From contig NC_042997.1 of assembly GCF_006345805.1 (NCBI RefSeq), positions 99,882,001 through 99,946,000 of the forward strand: a DNA stretch of 64,000 nucleotides, written 5' to 3'. Origin of the DNA: Octopus sinensis. Lineage: Eukaryota. Positions 13,990 through 26,599 of the stretch are shown here, one piece after another. The translations under genes were made by a program, and so were the position numbers. Each line of letters starts with the position of its first letter. Position 1 is the stretch's first letter. A model generated the notes under the pieces. The model was not told where the DNA came from, searched no databases, and saw only the letters and a program-made list of their open reading frames with translations.

Positions 13990-14186
13990 TGGCACCTGTG
14001 CAGGTGGCACGTAAAAAGCACCCACTACACTCACGGAGTGGTTGGCGTTAGGAAGGGCATCCAGCTGTAGAAACATTGCCAGATTAGACTGGAGCCTGGT
14101 GCAGCCTTCTGGCTTCCCAGAACCCCGGTCGAACCGTCCAACCCATGCTAGCATGGAGAACGGACGTTAAACGATGATGATGATGA
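13990..14186 (+). mobile_element. Family C retroposon (ggcgttaggaagggcatccagctgtagaaac core; 3' ggacgttaaacgatgatgatg tail)
   Basis: About 12 copies in the window; this one retains its CpGs. Confidence 0.85.
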
Positions 14187-14832
14187 AATTTGTCAACAAA
14201 CAACAATAGGATGTGAACCCACATCCCTTGAAGACTCCAGCCAAGTGCTTTACCAATGGCTGTTCCTTGACAAATTTTTCCACTTTGTAAGGGTAATTAC
14301 CCAATATTTCTGCTGTTCTAATGGCGTTTCTGGGTTCCAAAGAACATTATCATTATATTTGTTTCTTACAATACACATTTCAACACTTATAAAAATCCAA
14401 ATGTTAGTCTGTTTATATTTATATGCACATAGTTGTATGTATATATATATTTGCTTTCACTGTCCTGTTTTTGTTACCAGTTTTGACTCTCTGTAAAATC
14501 CCAAATTTCATTTAATTTGCTTTGTGGGAGCAACTGTTTTATCACAGGCGTATCTTGTCAATGAATTGCTCAAAATACAGATTAGAAAACAGCCGACAAC
14601 TGATGAAGAGTCGTTCGTTATGTTACTTATCTTGTTTTCCATTTGTTTATTTCATTGTAGCAAAAAAAGTTTCATATTCCATGTATTCATATTTCGTATC
14701 TCATGTTTTCATTTTTTGTGATGTTTACATTCCGTGACGTCCTGAGCCCACATATGCATATGTATATACATATAGATGTAAGTATGTATATATACGTATG
14801 TATATATACGTATGTATATATACATATATATG

Positions 14833-14865
<33 letters not shown>

Positions 14866-14896
14866 ACAAATATATATATATATACATCCACACATC

Positions 14897-14932
<36 letters not shown>

Positions 14933-14943
14933 TACATATATAT

Positions 14944-15171
14944 TTCTTTACTACTCACAAGGGGTTAAACACAGAGGGGACAAACAAGGACAGACAAAGG
15001 GATTAAGTTGATTACATCAACCCCAGTGCGTAACTGGTACTTAATTTATCGACCCCAGAGGGATGAAAGGCAAAGTCGACCTCAGCAGAATTTGAACTCG
15101 GAATGTAACGGCAGACGAAATACGGCTACGCATTTCGCCCGGCATGCTAACGTTTCTGCCAGCTTGCCGCC
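14944..15171 (-). mobile_element. SINE family B2 (B head and core with an alternative 3' tail)
   Basis: Near-identical to 27735-27964, 54977-55214 and 56749-56978. Confidence 0.85.
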
Positions 15172-15193
15172 ATACATATATATATGTAAACAC

Positions 15194-15222
<29 letters not shown>

Positions 15223-15225
<3 letters not shown>

Positions 15226-15606
15226 GACTGTGAGGTAATTGAGATAAGAAGTTTGATTCCCAATCACATGGTTCCAGGTTCAGTTCTACTGCATAGTACC
15301 TTAGCAAGTGCCTTCTGCTATAGCCTCGGGACAACCAAAGTTTTGTGAGTGGATTCCATAGATGAAAACTGAAAGAAGCCTATCAAATATTTATCTATTT
15401 GTGTCTTTGTGTCTGTCTCCCAGCACACCATGAGAACCGTGTTGGTGCATTTATGTCCCTGTAACTTAGCAGTACAGCAAAGGAATCTGATAGAATAAGT
15501 ATCAGGCTTAAAAAAAGAGAAATCTAAGGTCAACTTATTTGACTAAAATTCTTCAAGGCTGTCTCAGCATAACAGCAATCATGACTGATCAATAAGATAA
15601 AAGATT
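15223..15606 (+). mobile_element. SINE family A
   Basis: Full-length match to the other A copies. Confidence 0.8.
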
Positions 15607-16027
15607 ACAAAAATATGCATATAATATATATATACATATACTATATATATATATATATATATATATTATTTCAACAATGAGGGCAAAATTATTATTATTA
15701 ATCAATTCACCAGTGTTCAGTATAAAAGGACCATTCAAGCGAATTCAATTATTACATTATATAAAGGGCTTAGTAAAATACTTATATGACTCATTAGAAA
15801 TAGCAGTAAAAACTAAAAGCTAATACTTAAGCTTAGTAAATAAATTACTTGCCGCATACAACTAGAATAGCAGCTAAAAAACTTTTAAACTATTTCTAAA
15901 CTTTTATTGAATTAAGCAAACACTATATATAGAAGATTTTCTTTAAGTATAGAATAGCTATAAAAAGTTTTAGCTGCTATTTCTAATGAGTTCAGTAGCG
16001 GCAAAGTTTTATTTACTAAGTTTATAT

Positions 16028-16074
<47 letters not shown>

Positions 16075-16126
16075 TATATATATATATATCTGTAAATGTA
16101 ATATGTGACAATTATTCAGTAACCAT

Positions 16127-16187
16127 GATAAAACTCCCAGTTTCGGATGCCGAGATAGAAATCCATGCCGCCATCTCTTCAGTTATC
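16127..16187 (-). ncRNA. Type I hammerhead ribozyme fold with an imperfect stem II junction
   Basis: Stem I GAUAA/UUAUC; CUGAAGA (16182-16176); stem II GAUG/CAUC plus 3 more pairs, with one extra C before GAAA; stem III AC-UGGGA-GU; GUU triplet. Confidence 0.6.
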
Positions 16188-16367
16188 CAGCCATCGGAAA
16201 AATGGTATGAAAATGAACGTTATACAAAGAGAAATTACTGTGTGTGTGATTGACCATTATTAAGACAAAAGAGCTATTTGAATGACCGCTAAGTGAGGGG
16301 AGGGAGTAAAAGTAAGGGGGTAAAAAGTTCATAGTATTCACGTAAGCGTGCATGTTCATATATGTTC

Positions 16368-16401
<34 letters not shown>

Positions 16402-17330
16402 GCACATACATATAGATATAGATGTGTGTGTGTGTATACATATATATAGTTCAAATATACAGAAACCAAGTGATGTAGACAGGTGAGGGAAAAAACAAGC
16501 AGGTGTATGAGTTTGAAGGTGTGGAAGAATGGAAAAGTCTTTAACATCTTGGGCCTACACTCTTCGACAGAAAGGGGATGAGGAAAAAATGGAGAGAGAA
16601 AAAAATGTATAGAAATTAACGGTTTAACATGATATATATATATATATATATCGTACCTAAGTACACACTCACACAAACATTAAATGACCACAAAATTTAT
16701 GTTCAGATGAATGAGAACACACACACACAGAGGCAGTATCTATGTGTGTGGTTGATCCACTTCTAAAAAGTTGCAACTTTACCTCTCTACAGTCACAACC
16801 TACCCTCTTAAGAGAAAAGGAAAGGATACATAAGCAAATGTAGTCATTAGATACATTATATCAGAACAAAAATGATGGGATGGTCAACGTTGGAAAAACC
16901 TTTGATCATAAATATATTTCAACAAGGATGATCTAAGGGTTAAAAAAAAAAAACAATCACACACACTTCATTTACACATATATTCAAATGACATTAACAT
17001 TACCATTATTACCATATACAATGCAAGTCTAGCCATGTTGTTAAGAACTTTGCAATGAAATCATGTGGGTCCATGTTCAATTCCATGGCAAGGCACTTTG
17101 GCCAAGTGTCTGCTATTACTGCAGGTTGAGCAATGCCTTGTAAATAAATCTGATAGGCACAAGCATAGCTGTGTGTTTGAGCAACTTGCGTCCTAACCAT
17201 ACAGCTTTGGATTCAGTTCAAATGTGTGGCACTTTGAGTATGTGTTTTCTAATACAGCCCCAGGACAACCAAAGCCTTGCAAGTGAATTTCTTTGGTGAA
17301 TGGAAAAATGAAAGAAGCTCATTACATATA

Positions 17331-17747
17331 CAGGCATGACTGTTTGGTAGAAGCATGCTTCTGACCACATGGTTCCAGATTTGCATCCACTGCATGGCAC
17401 CATGGGCAAGTGTCTTCTACTTTAGCTTCAGGCCAACCAAAGCTTTGTGAGTGGATTTAGTATACGGAAACTGAAAGAAGCCCATCATATATATGTGTGT
17501 ATGTGTCTTTGTGTCTGTGTTTGTTCCCCACCACTGCTTGACAGCCAGTGTTGGTATGTTTACATCCCCATAACTTAGTGGTTCATCAAAAAGAGTCTGA
17601 TAGAATAAGTATCAGGCTTTAAAAAACATAAATACTGAGGTCAATTCATTCAACTAAAAAAAAACAGAAAAATTCAAGGCAGTGCCCCAGTATGGCTACA
17701 GTCTAAAGATTGAAACAAGTAAAAGATAAAAATAAAAGATAAAAGAT
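17331..17747 (+). mobile_element. SINE family A
   Basis: Full-length match to the other A copies. Confidence 0.8.
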
Positions 17748-18057
17748 ATACACACACACATACACACACACACACACACACACGCACACACAAACACACA
17801 TAATACACACACAAAAGCAATAACAAGACAAAATCAAATACAAAAGTACAGGGGGGCTATTTACAGTTAGTATTATTAGGTTGATGCTCAAAGAAGGAGA
17901 AAATTTATAAAATCAGTCATGGAGTCAAAATATAAAGATTCAAACATAGTCCTTGAGTGGTTGACAGAGAAAAGTCCAAGAGACAGGAAGAAAAGGGATA
18001 TGAAAAGAGAAGAGAGGCAAGAAAAAAATGCATGTCGGTAACTCACATGTTCACGCT

Positions 18058-18131
<74 letters not shown>

Positions 18132-18338
18132 CTATCTACTATATATATATATATATAATTTAAAATAGGATTAATTCTTTATGAGAATTTATCATGTAGT
18201 CAGTGTGAAAACCTTCTAAGGGAAAAATTTATAATTATTCCCATTAAATATATCTATTTATATTAAGGGCATTACTACACATAAATGCCTCACACTATTA
18301 GTCAAAACTACCATAATAAATACACAGTGTACTGAATG

Positions 18339-18600
18339 CGAGGGAATACAACTTTCAAAGCTAACCCCTTAAAAACAGATTCAGCCACATATCATATGAT
18401 TTCATAGTTAGTGTACATAATCCACTTTCTAATCCTCAGTGCAGGCATAATCAAGATACATAAAAAATAAACAAATCAACATACCAGACGAACACCAAAA
18501 GTATCCAACATAGTATATAGAGATGTTCACTCTTATCCATCTAAGTGGCTGGCTTTTCAAATTGCATCACAGGGTTGGCTTCAAAAGTTGCATTCCCTCG
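18339..18600. mobile_element. Mariner-type MITE
   Basis: About 29-bp TIRs cgagggaatacaactttcaaagctaaccc / gggttggcttcaaaagttgcattccctcg; the TA flanks have decayed. Confidence 0.7.
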
Positions 18601-20007
18601 AATATATAAAGATAGATAAGGCCAGTTTATGGGATTACCCTGGGTTTCACATCCATAAAGAGCTTAGCTTTACAACATATCATCAGAACCCAAAATCTGT
18701 AGCTCTCTCTCTATATATATACATGTATGTTTAAATATATATGTATAAGTGTGTGTATGGATGCATGTGTGTGTGTGTAAGAGAGAGAGAGAGAGAGAAA
18801 GAAAGAAAGTGAAGGTGTGTGTTGTCATGTATGTATTTTTTGCATGTATAAGTTGCACTTGCTCACTCTCTCTCCTTCTGTCTCTCTCTCACACACATAC
18901 ACATTATCTTTCATGTACACGTACATAAATACATATGCATACATCTTTTTTGTATGTATGTGTGTATGTCCATATGTGAGAGAGAGTGACTGCATTTCCT
19001 CATAACATATAGAGAACTGGATATCTTTTAATGAAATTTTTTTGGTTGTGACTTATTTTAATAAATATTTACATGTACATTTACATAAATGTTTGAGTAG
19101 AATTCTACATATGCATGAAACATTGGACGAAAGTGAAACACTAGAAGTAAATTGAAATATTATCCGAAAATGACCTGAAAATTGTGCAATCTGACCTTGT
19201 TTCTGAGGTTATTTTAGTAGCAAAAAAAGAGTTGTGCCTTTATATATATAGAGATAGATGAAAAGCAGCTTTCTTTATTATAGTACAGACATGACTAATT
19301 CATAGAAATATTACTTCCATTATTCACACACTGTCACTCTCGTAATGCAACACTTTCTAATGAAACCTGGTTGTTGTAAAGCAGTGTCTCTCAAATAACT
19401 ATAGCTGGTTGTTGAGATAATGTAGAAAATATGTAAATGAAAACAAAGTTAATTTGATAGCCGAAAGATTACTGAATCTTTTAATATCACATATGTCAAA
19501 ACTGGCAACTCAGTTTTCAAATATATAAGGAACACATGTGTGCATGCACACACACAAACTCTTTTTTATATTTATATATATATATACAGACATTCACACA
19601 CACATAATATATATATACACATCTATATGCAAAGTTTTCTCCCTCAAATTCATCACCCTCACTTTCAATTTCATTACCTTCAGTCTTGATTATGTTGTTT
19701 ATTTAGATTTCTTCATTTATTTTGATTTCTCCATTTTCCACTAGGAAAATTTTATATATTGTCACAGTAGGGTAGAAGAAATTGGTCTTTTCTTTTTGTT
19801 GTTTTTTTTATCAACAGACACGTACAGGCGTGGTATGTTGGGTGAGTGTATTTTACTATAGACACTCACCCAGCGTACCCAACATACTATAGATTTTCTC
19901 TCTCCTATCTTTTCTCTTTTCAAAAAAAATGTTTCTCCCAGCATTCACTATTTTCCTCTCATCCTGGTCTAGCGACCCTCTATGTTTGTTTGTGTTTGGT
20001 TTCCTTG

Positions 20008-20040
<33 letters not shown>

Positions 20041-20070
20041 ATATATATATGTATGTATATGTACAGATAT

Positions 20071-20502
20071 TTTCTTTTATTATTTTATTCTTTTACTTGT
20101 TTCAGTCATTTGACTGTTGCCACACTGGAGCACTGCCTTAAAGGGTTTAGTTGAACAAATCAACCCCAGGACTTATTCATTTAAGCCTACTACTTATTCT
20201 ATTGGTCTTTTTGCTGAACCGCTAAGTTACAGAGATGTAACACACAAACACTGGTTGTCAAGTAATGATAGTGGGGGGGGGGACAAACACAGACACAAAG
20301 ACACACACACATAGATATATACACATATATATACATGTACAACAGACTTGTTCCAGTTTCCATCTACCAAATCCACTCACAAAGCTTTTGTCAGACCAAG
20401 GCTATAGCCGAAGACACTTGCCCAAGGTGCCAAACAGTGGGACTGAACCTGGAACCATGTGGTTGGGAAGCAAGTTTCTTACCACACAGTCACACCTGTG
20501 CC
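20071..20502 (-). mobile_element. SINE family A
   Basis: Full-length match to the other A copies. Confidence 0.8.
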
Positions 20503-21044
20503 TAGAGATATGTATACGTAACTTGTAACTCTGTTTCAAATCTTTTTAATGTTTACATTCTTTTACAATTCTGTGACAAGTAATCACTGAAGTAATGTTT
20601 GTAAAATAAATTCACTCTAGTGACAACATTCAAGTCAAAGATCATGAAATTGAGATTGATGACAATGTAATCAAGACTGAAGACAAGAAACTGAGACTGA
20701 CAATGAGGAATTTGAGGCTGACATAGATGAGATAGAGGTTCATTACAACAAATTTGAAGGGAAAGCAGTGTGTGTGTGAATGAATGTCTGTATGTATATC
20801 TATATGCATCTGTCTCTATCTCTCTCTCTATATATATATATAAATATATATAAATAGATGAGTGTATTTTTACCTTGTTAACAATTAACACGGAAAAATA
20901 AATAAATAGTTACCAGGGCAGCAAAAATCTCATAAATAAAGGTGTTGTAACTCCTTGTTTATAAAGGTAGAAACTTCGTGCTTACATTGAATATTTTGAA
21001 TAATATGAATAAAAAAATGGAGTTAACGCAGGTGTAATCAAATA

Positions 21045-21140
21045 TTTTTACTTTCGACACATGTTTCGAAAATTCCACTGATACTATTCAAAAGAATAAA
21101 TGGTATAAACAATGCAATCTTCTCCTCAGGAAAGTGAAAA
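21045..21140 (-). ncRNA. Type I hammerhead ribozyme with an intact catalytic core
   Basis: Stem I 6 bp + mismatch + 4 bp; CUGAGGA (21129-21123); 7-bp stem II closed by G-C; GAAA (21067-21064); stem III AC-AUGU-GU; GUC triplet, predicted cut between 21056 and 21055. Confidence 0.85.
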
Positions 21141-21513
21141 AAACGAAACTCGTCAATAAGACATTTTAGCAAAAAATGATGGATTTGTATAGCGATAGAC
21201 AGAACGCTATTAATATTGTTTAAAAAAAATGTTACATGATATAACGTCATAAGTAGCTAACAGAAAGAGTAGGGATATTAATAGTGAATGTTAAATATAA
21301 AGGAAATTAAAGTTTAAATTATATATAATGATAGAGACTACTTATATGCACTAAATGTATGTTTTTGCCAATGCTTACATCTGTATGCTCGCTCTATAAC
21401 CATGTTTACTAGAGTATTTTTAGAAAAAATAGTGAAAAATAGCTCAGAATTGCAGAGAAGACAGAATTCTTGCCTTTGTCATATGGTATCGAAATTGAGA
21501 TCATATATATATA

Positions 21514-21558
<45 letters not shown>

Positions 21559-21752
21559 CGATATTTAAATATCGATCTTATCAAGTGGCCAGCATGGGAA
21601 TAAAAAACCTTTCAAAGGTAATAATTATTTAAAATTATAATTTAGGGTATCTAAGAGATACCACCATGCTGAAAATAGCAGTCAAAACTTGACTCTAAAA
21701 CCACATTAAATGTTCATATAGCACCAGGAGAGAAATTTATATATATGTGTGT

Positions 21753-22254
21753 GACCCCCTTCGGTCATTAATGACCATGGGATTGCATCTAGAAAGTTAC
21801 CCTCTGAGGCACAAGTCTGGGCAAGGTTGTTTATGGAAGACCAGCAGTCGCCCATGCATACCAGCCTCCCCTCTCCATGCCACCAATGTTATCCAAGGGA
21901 AAGGCAAAGTTTGATACAGCTTGGCACCAGTGACGTCGTAGCTCATTTATTAACGTGCAAGTGGCTGAGCACTCCATAGACACATGTACCCTTAACGTAG
22001 TTCTCGGGGAGATTCAGCGTGACACAGAGTGTGACAAGGCTGGCCCTTTGAAATACAGATACAACAAAACAGGAAGAAAGAGTGAGAGAAAGTTGTGGTG
22101 AAAGAGTACAGCAAGGTTCACCACCACCTCCTGCCGGAGCCTCGTGTAGCTTTAGATGTTTTTACTCAATAAACACAATGCCTGGTCTGGGAATTGAAAC
22201 CACGATCCTACGACTGTGAGTCTGCTGCCCTAACCACTGGGCCATTGCGCCTCC
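21753..22254 (-). mobile_element. Chimeric SINE: family E tRNA head and body (about 21950-22254) joined to a family D 3' tail (21753-21950)
   Basis: Head ggaggcgcaaTGGCCCAGTGGttagggcagc...GTTTCAATTCC; the tail matches the 3' part of 31749-32095. Confidence 0.7.
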
Positions 22255-23710
22255 ACACACACACATATATATATACATATACTTTTCTCGTTGTATTGCA
22301 TGTTCCATTTCTTTTTGCATATATATATATATATATATATATAAATATTTGCATATATATATATACACACACAAACACATGTATATACTCGATACACACA
22401 CACATACACACACACACAAATAAATATATTCATAAATGTATATATACACAGATTTCTAGAACTGTTTCATAAAAGCACATGCATTTGTTGATAAATCCTA
22501 CAAAAAATCAAATAATAAGTGAAGTTTGAAGTTTGTAGCTGCAAAAAACAAAATAATATACAATTTACAAAAGACCAGATCTTTTATATGGCTAATAATC
22601 AGCAAATATGTGCAAAATGCTGGTTGTTGGTAAAGAACAATTTAGAATATAAGGAAGAGAATTATTCTTCAACTAAAAAAAAAAAATTATGAGCCATCCT
22701 CACATGATGGTGGTGACAGAGACACAAATGATGAAATATCTAAGCTGTAAATTTTAAAGTAGAATTATATTGATCATTTTCCACAGTAAAGTTTGGCTAT
22801 CAAAGCAAGTCTTAAATGAAAACATTTTTTACTTGGAACATATGTTGAGTTTTCCAAAAAGAAACCAGAAAAGTGTGGTGAACCCATAAAATAAATTTTA
22901 TCAACTGAAAATATTAACTGCTGATTTCTCTGAATTTTCTCCACAGCATTATAAAAGACTTGTGTTATTTAGAGTGACAGTGATATTTCAGAAAATGCTA
23001 ATGAGTTAAGTGGACAACAATGCTGGTTTCAAATTTTGGCACAAGGCCAGCAATTCTGAAGAGGGGCTAAGTCAATTACATCAACCCCAGTGCTCAACTG
23101 GTTCTTATTTTATCGACCCCGAAGAGATGACCTCAACAGAATTTGAACTCAGAATGCAGATAGACGAAATGTCACTAAGCATTTTGCCCTGTATGCTAAC
23201 AGTTCTTGCCAGCTCACCAGCTTCATCTAAAATAAATATTAAGAGTTAAAATTGGAGAAAAGTGTTATATTTGAGTGTAAAAAATAATTCTTTCTATGAT
23301 AGGGACAAGGCCTAAAATCTTTGCACAACAGCAAACTTGTGAAAACGAAGATAGCAAATGCAGTTACTCTGTAATATCTAATACAACTAATATAATACAG
23401 GAACCATGGTAGATTTAGTGTTTGTATTTAATGTATTTTACAGGTTTTAAATAATATCTAATACAACTAATATATACAACTGTAATATCTAATACAACTT
23501 CATCACCATCATAAGCATAGTGAATACATCCAATGGCAATTATTTCTGTTAACACACTGAGGAGAGGGTGGAGCATTTATGCATTCTATTATTTGAAAGT
23601 GATTTATTCAATTTAAAAGTTACAATTTCAAACATGAAAGTAATATTACTGTTGTGTGTAAGTAAAGAGAAATGAAGAGAAATGAATTTTTCTATATACA
23701 GTATTATAGA

Positions 23711-24087
23711 CACAGGGATGGCTGCATGGTTAAGATGCTCACTTTGCAAACATGTAGTTTCTGGTTCAGTCCCACTATGTGGCACCTTAAGAAAGAGTCT
23801 TCTACTTTAGCTCCAGGCTGATCAATGCCCTATACCTTACGAAGGAATTTGGCAGACATAAATGGTGTGGAAGCCCATAGTGTGAAAGCCCATGGTGTGT
23901 GTGTATGTGTGACCCTGTTCCACACGTTGACAGCCAGTGTTGGTTTGTCTATGGCCCTGTAACTTAGCAGTTCAGCAAAAAAGACTAATATCCTAAAATA
24001 AAATAAGTACCAGCCAGACTAAACCCTTCAAGGCAGTACTCCAACATGGCCACAATCCAATGATTGAAACAAGAAAAAATAAAAGAT
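23711..24087 (+). mobile_element. SINE family A (diverged)
   Basis: Match to the other A copies. Confidence 0.75.
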
Positions 24088-24122
24088 ACATCCTTATAAT
24101 AAAAGTACAGATAAGAATAATA

Positions 24123-24634
24123 CCGTAAATCCTCGAGTATAATCTGCCCTTGAGTATAATAAGCAGGGGATTTTTAGGGGACTGTACCTCGGAAAAACCT
24201 AAACCTTGTGTATAATGCGCACCCCTTCTCTAATTTAAGTCAAGGAGGTCAATATAACGTCCTTGGTTTGTAATAATGCATACGGTAACGTCCTTTATTA
24301 TTATTGTATATATAACATAATGCAAACGTGTAGCTTTTTTGTGCATTTTGTTTGCAGAAAATAAAGAAATAACAGTAATAACGATTAATAAATGTTGCTT
24401 ACTGCAAGTTATGGATGATTCTTTTATGACTTCATTGCTTTCAGGCTTAGCTTAAGGTATTTTCAGACCCGACATCACAAAATGCATCTAAATAAACATT
24501 GCCAGACAGCAAATAGAGACTCGGACATTGCTTAGAAAATAATTTTCATTTTTAACCTCATATATAGTACGCACTATGGATTTTGACTGTTAAATTTTGG
24601 GAAAAAAATGCAGATTATACTTGAGGATTTAAGG
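24123..24634. mobile_element. pogo/Tigger-type MITE
   Basis: TA|ccgtaaatcctcgagtataa ... ttatacttgaggatttaagg|TA: TIRs with TA duplication. Confidence 0.8.
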
Positions 24635-25104
24635 TAGATGCATTGTTTAAAGTGCAAAAATTAAAGTCATAGAATATACCAAAAAAAAAAATTGTGAAGC
24701 TTATTTAGGTGTTGTTACAGCAACAACAGATGTGGAGAAAGAACAAAGCCTGGTTGGTTTTATGCAAAAGCTACTAAGCAAAAGCAGGAACCATGGTAGA
24801 TTTAGTGTTTGTATTTAATGTATTTTACAGGTTTTAAAATTTGCAGCCTATCTTATATTGGTCCCTTAAAAAATATGGCTGTATTCAGGATTCACATTAT
24901 ATATAGGATAAAATATAGGAGAAAGAGTGTTGATGTGAGTAGGACAATCAATAGTGGTGGGAGGTGCAATATGATGTGTGTTAACATGTGTGTATGCATG
25001 CCCACCAATTTTTCTTTTTCCACATTAAATTCCAACATAATTGTAATCTACTAGGTGATATCTAGTTATGTTTAATAAAAAATAACTTATTTACCCAAGT
25101 TTTA

Positions 25105-25405
25105 ACATCATCAGCAGCATCATCGTTTAATGTCTGCTTTCCATGCTAGCATGGGTTAGACAATTTGACTGAGGACTGGCAAACCAGATGGCTGCACCAG
25201 GCTCCAATCTTGATCTGGCAGAGTTTCTTCAGTTGGATGCCTTTTCTAATGCCAACCAATCTGAGAGTTTAGTGGGTGCTTTTACGTGCCACTGGCATGG
25301 GGGCCAGTCAGGCAGTATTGGCAATGACCTCGCTCGATGTTTTTTCACATGCCACCAGCACAAGTGCCAGTAAGGCAACGCTGGTAACGATCACACTCGA
25401 ATGGT
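25105..25405 (-). mobile_element. Family C retroposon
   Basis: Reverse complement of the C core and tail. Confidence 0.8.
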
Positions 25406-26184
25406 GCCTTTCCTCTAAAATAGTCACCTTGCACAGTCCCAACGTTCCTGCCACTTTTGGAATCCAGCCTGGAAGTTGTTCTCCATAAGCAAGTCAAAGA
25501 CCTGCAATTCAACCTGGATATCAACAACAGCATTAAAACAGCGACCTTTGAGCTATATTTTCATGTTGGGGAGGAGATGGAAGTCTGCAGGTGCTAAATC
25601 TGGCGAACAGGATGGTGGGGCGGTGAAGATGTGATACCATGTTGTTTTTGGCAAGAAATTCATGAGTAAGGAGAGCTCAACAAGAGAGTGCATTGTCATC
25701 ATGAAGAATCCAATTTTTAGTGCTCCACAGATACAGTTGCTTTCACCAAACGCCCTCCTTCAAACATTTCAAAATGTAGCAGTAGAACTCTCAATTGATA
25801 GTCTGGCCCTGGGGGATGAATTTTCAATACTAAGTACCACATTTCCAGGAGTGACACTCGTGGCAGGTCTTCCAGATTAATCATCATCTTCCAGGGATGT
25901 TCTTCCACTTTTGAAGCACCCATGCCACTCTAAACAATTCATATGATCCATTGTCTCAGCACTGTAAGCTTGCTGAAGCAAGCTTACTATCTCCGTAGCA
26001 GACTTCCCAAAATTTCACATTGACTCTTTGTTTCGGTCCCTGACTAAATTGCAGACTACGGCAATGTCACTTGGCACACTACCTCATGAAGGTCACTGCT
26101 AGGCTCTCACTGTGCATGCAACCATATACTGCCATCTGTTAGTACACTACAGGACTAGTCTGAGAACATTTTGATACCACCTCA
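25405..26184 (-). pseudogene. Decayed, internally deleted mariner transposon
   Basis: The minus strand encodes LHDDNA...HEFLAKNN and PPSCSPDLAPADFHLLPNMK (mariner YSPDLAP motif, about 25563-25618); TIR-like ttttgataccacctca|TA at 26184. Confidence 0.85.
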
Positions 26185-26599
26185 TACAATATCTGAAAGG
26201 TATTTGTAGAAAATTTCATTTAAAATTACCTATTTTTCTGAAAGTTATGAAGAAACAAAATTGACTTGTGTGAATTATACAAAACTACTCTCCCCATCTT
26301 CAAAAGATTTTTCACAACAAATGCTGATATAATCAGAATCTATACCATCTGAAAGGTATTTGTAAAAAATTTCATTAAGAAATATCCATCTTTCAGAACA
26401 TTATGGGGAAACAAAGTTGGTATTGGGCACAGCACAAGATGGACAATGACAGCCTGGTATTCAGGGTTTGAAAGAGTCAATATGAAACCTCATACAACCA
26501 AAGCTCATAAACCCCAAAACCTCCAGATGGTTCCCCAGGAGCTGTGTTGCAACAGTAACAAAGACACCAACAACAACTCCTGGAGTTTGTCATCCCTCT

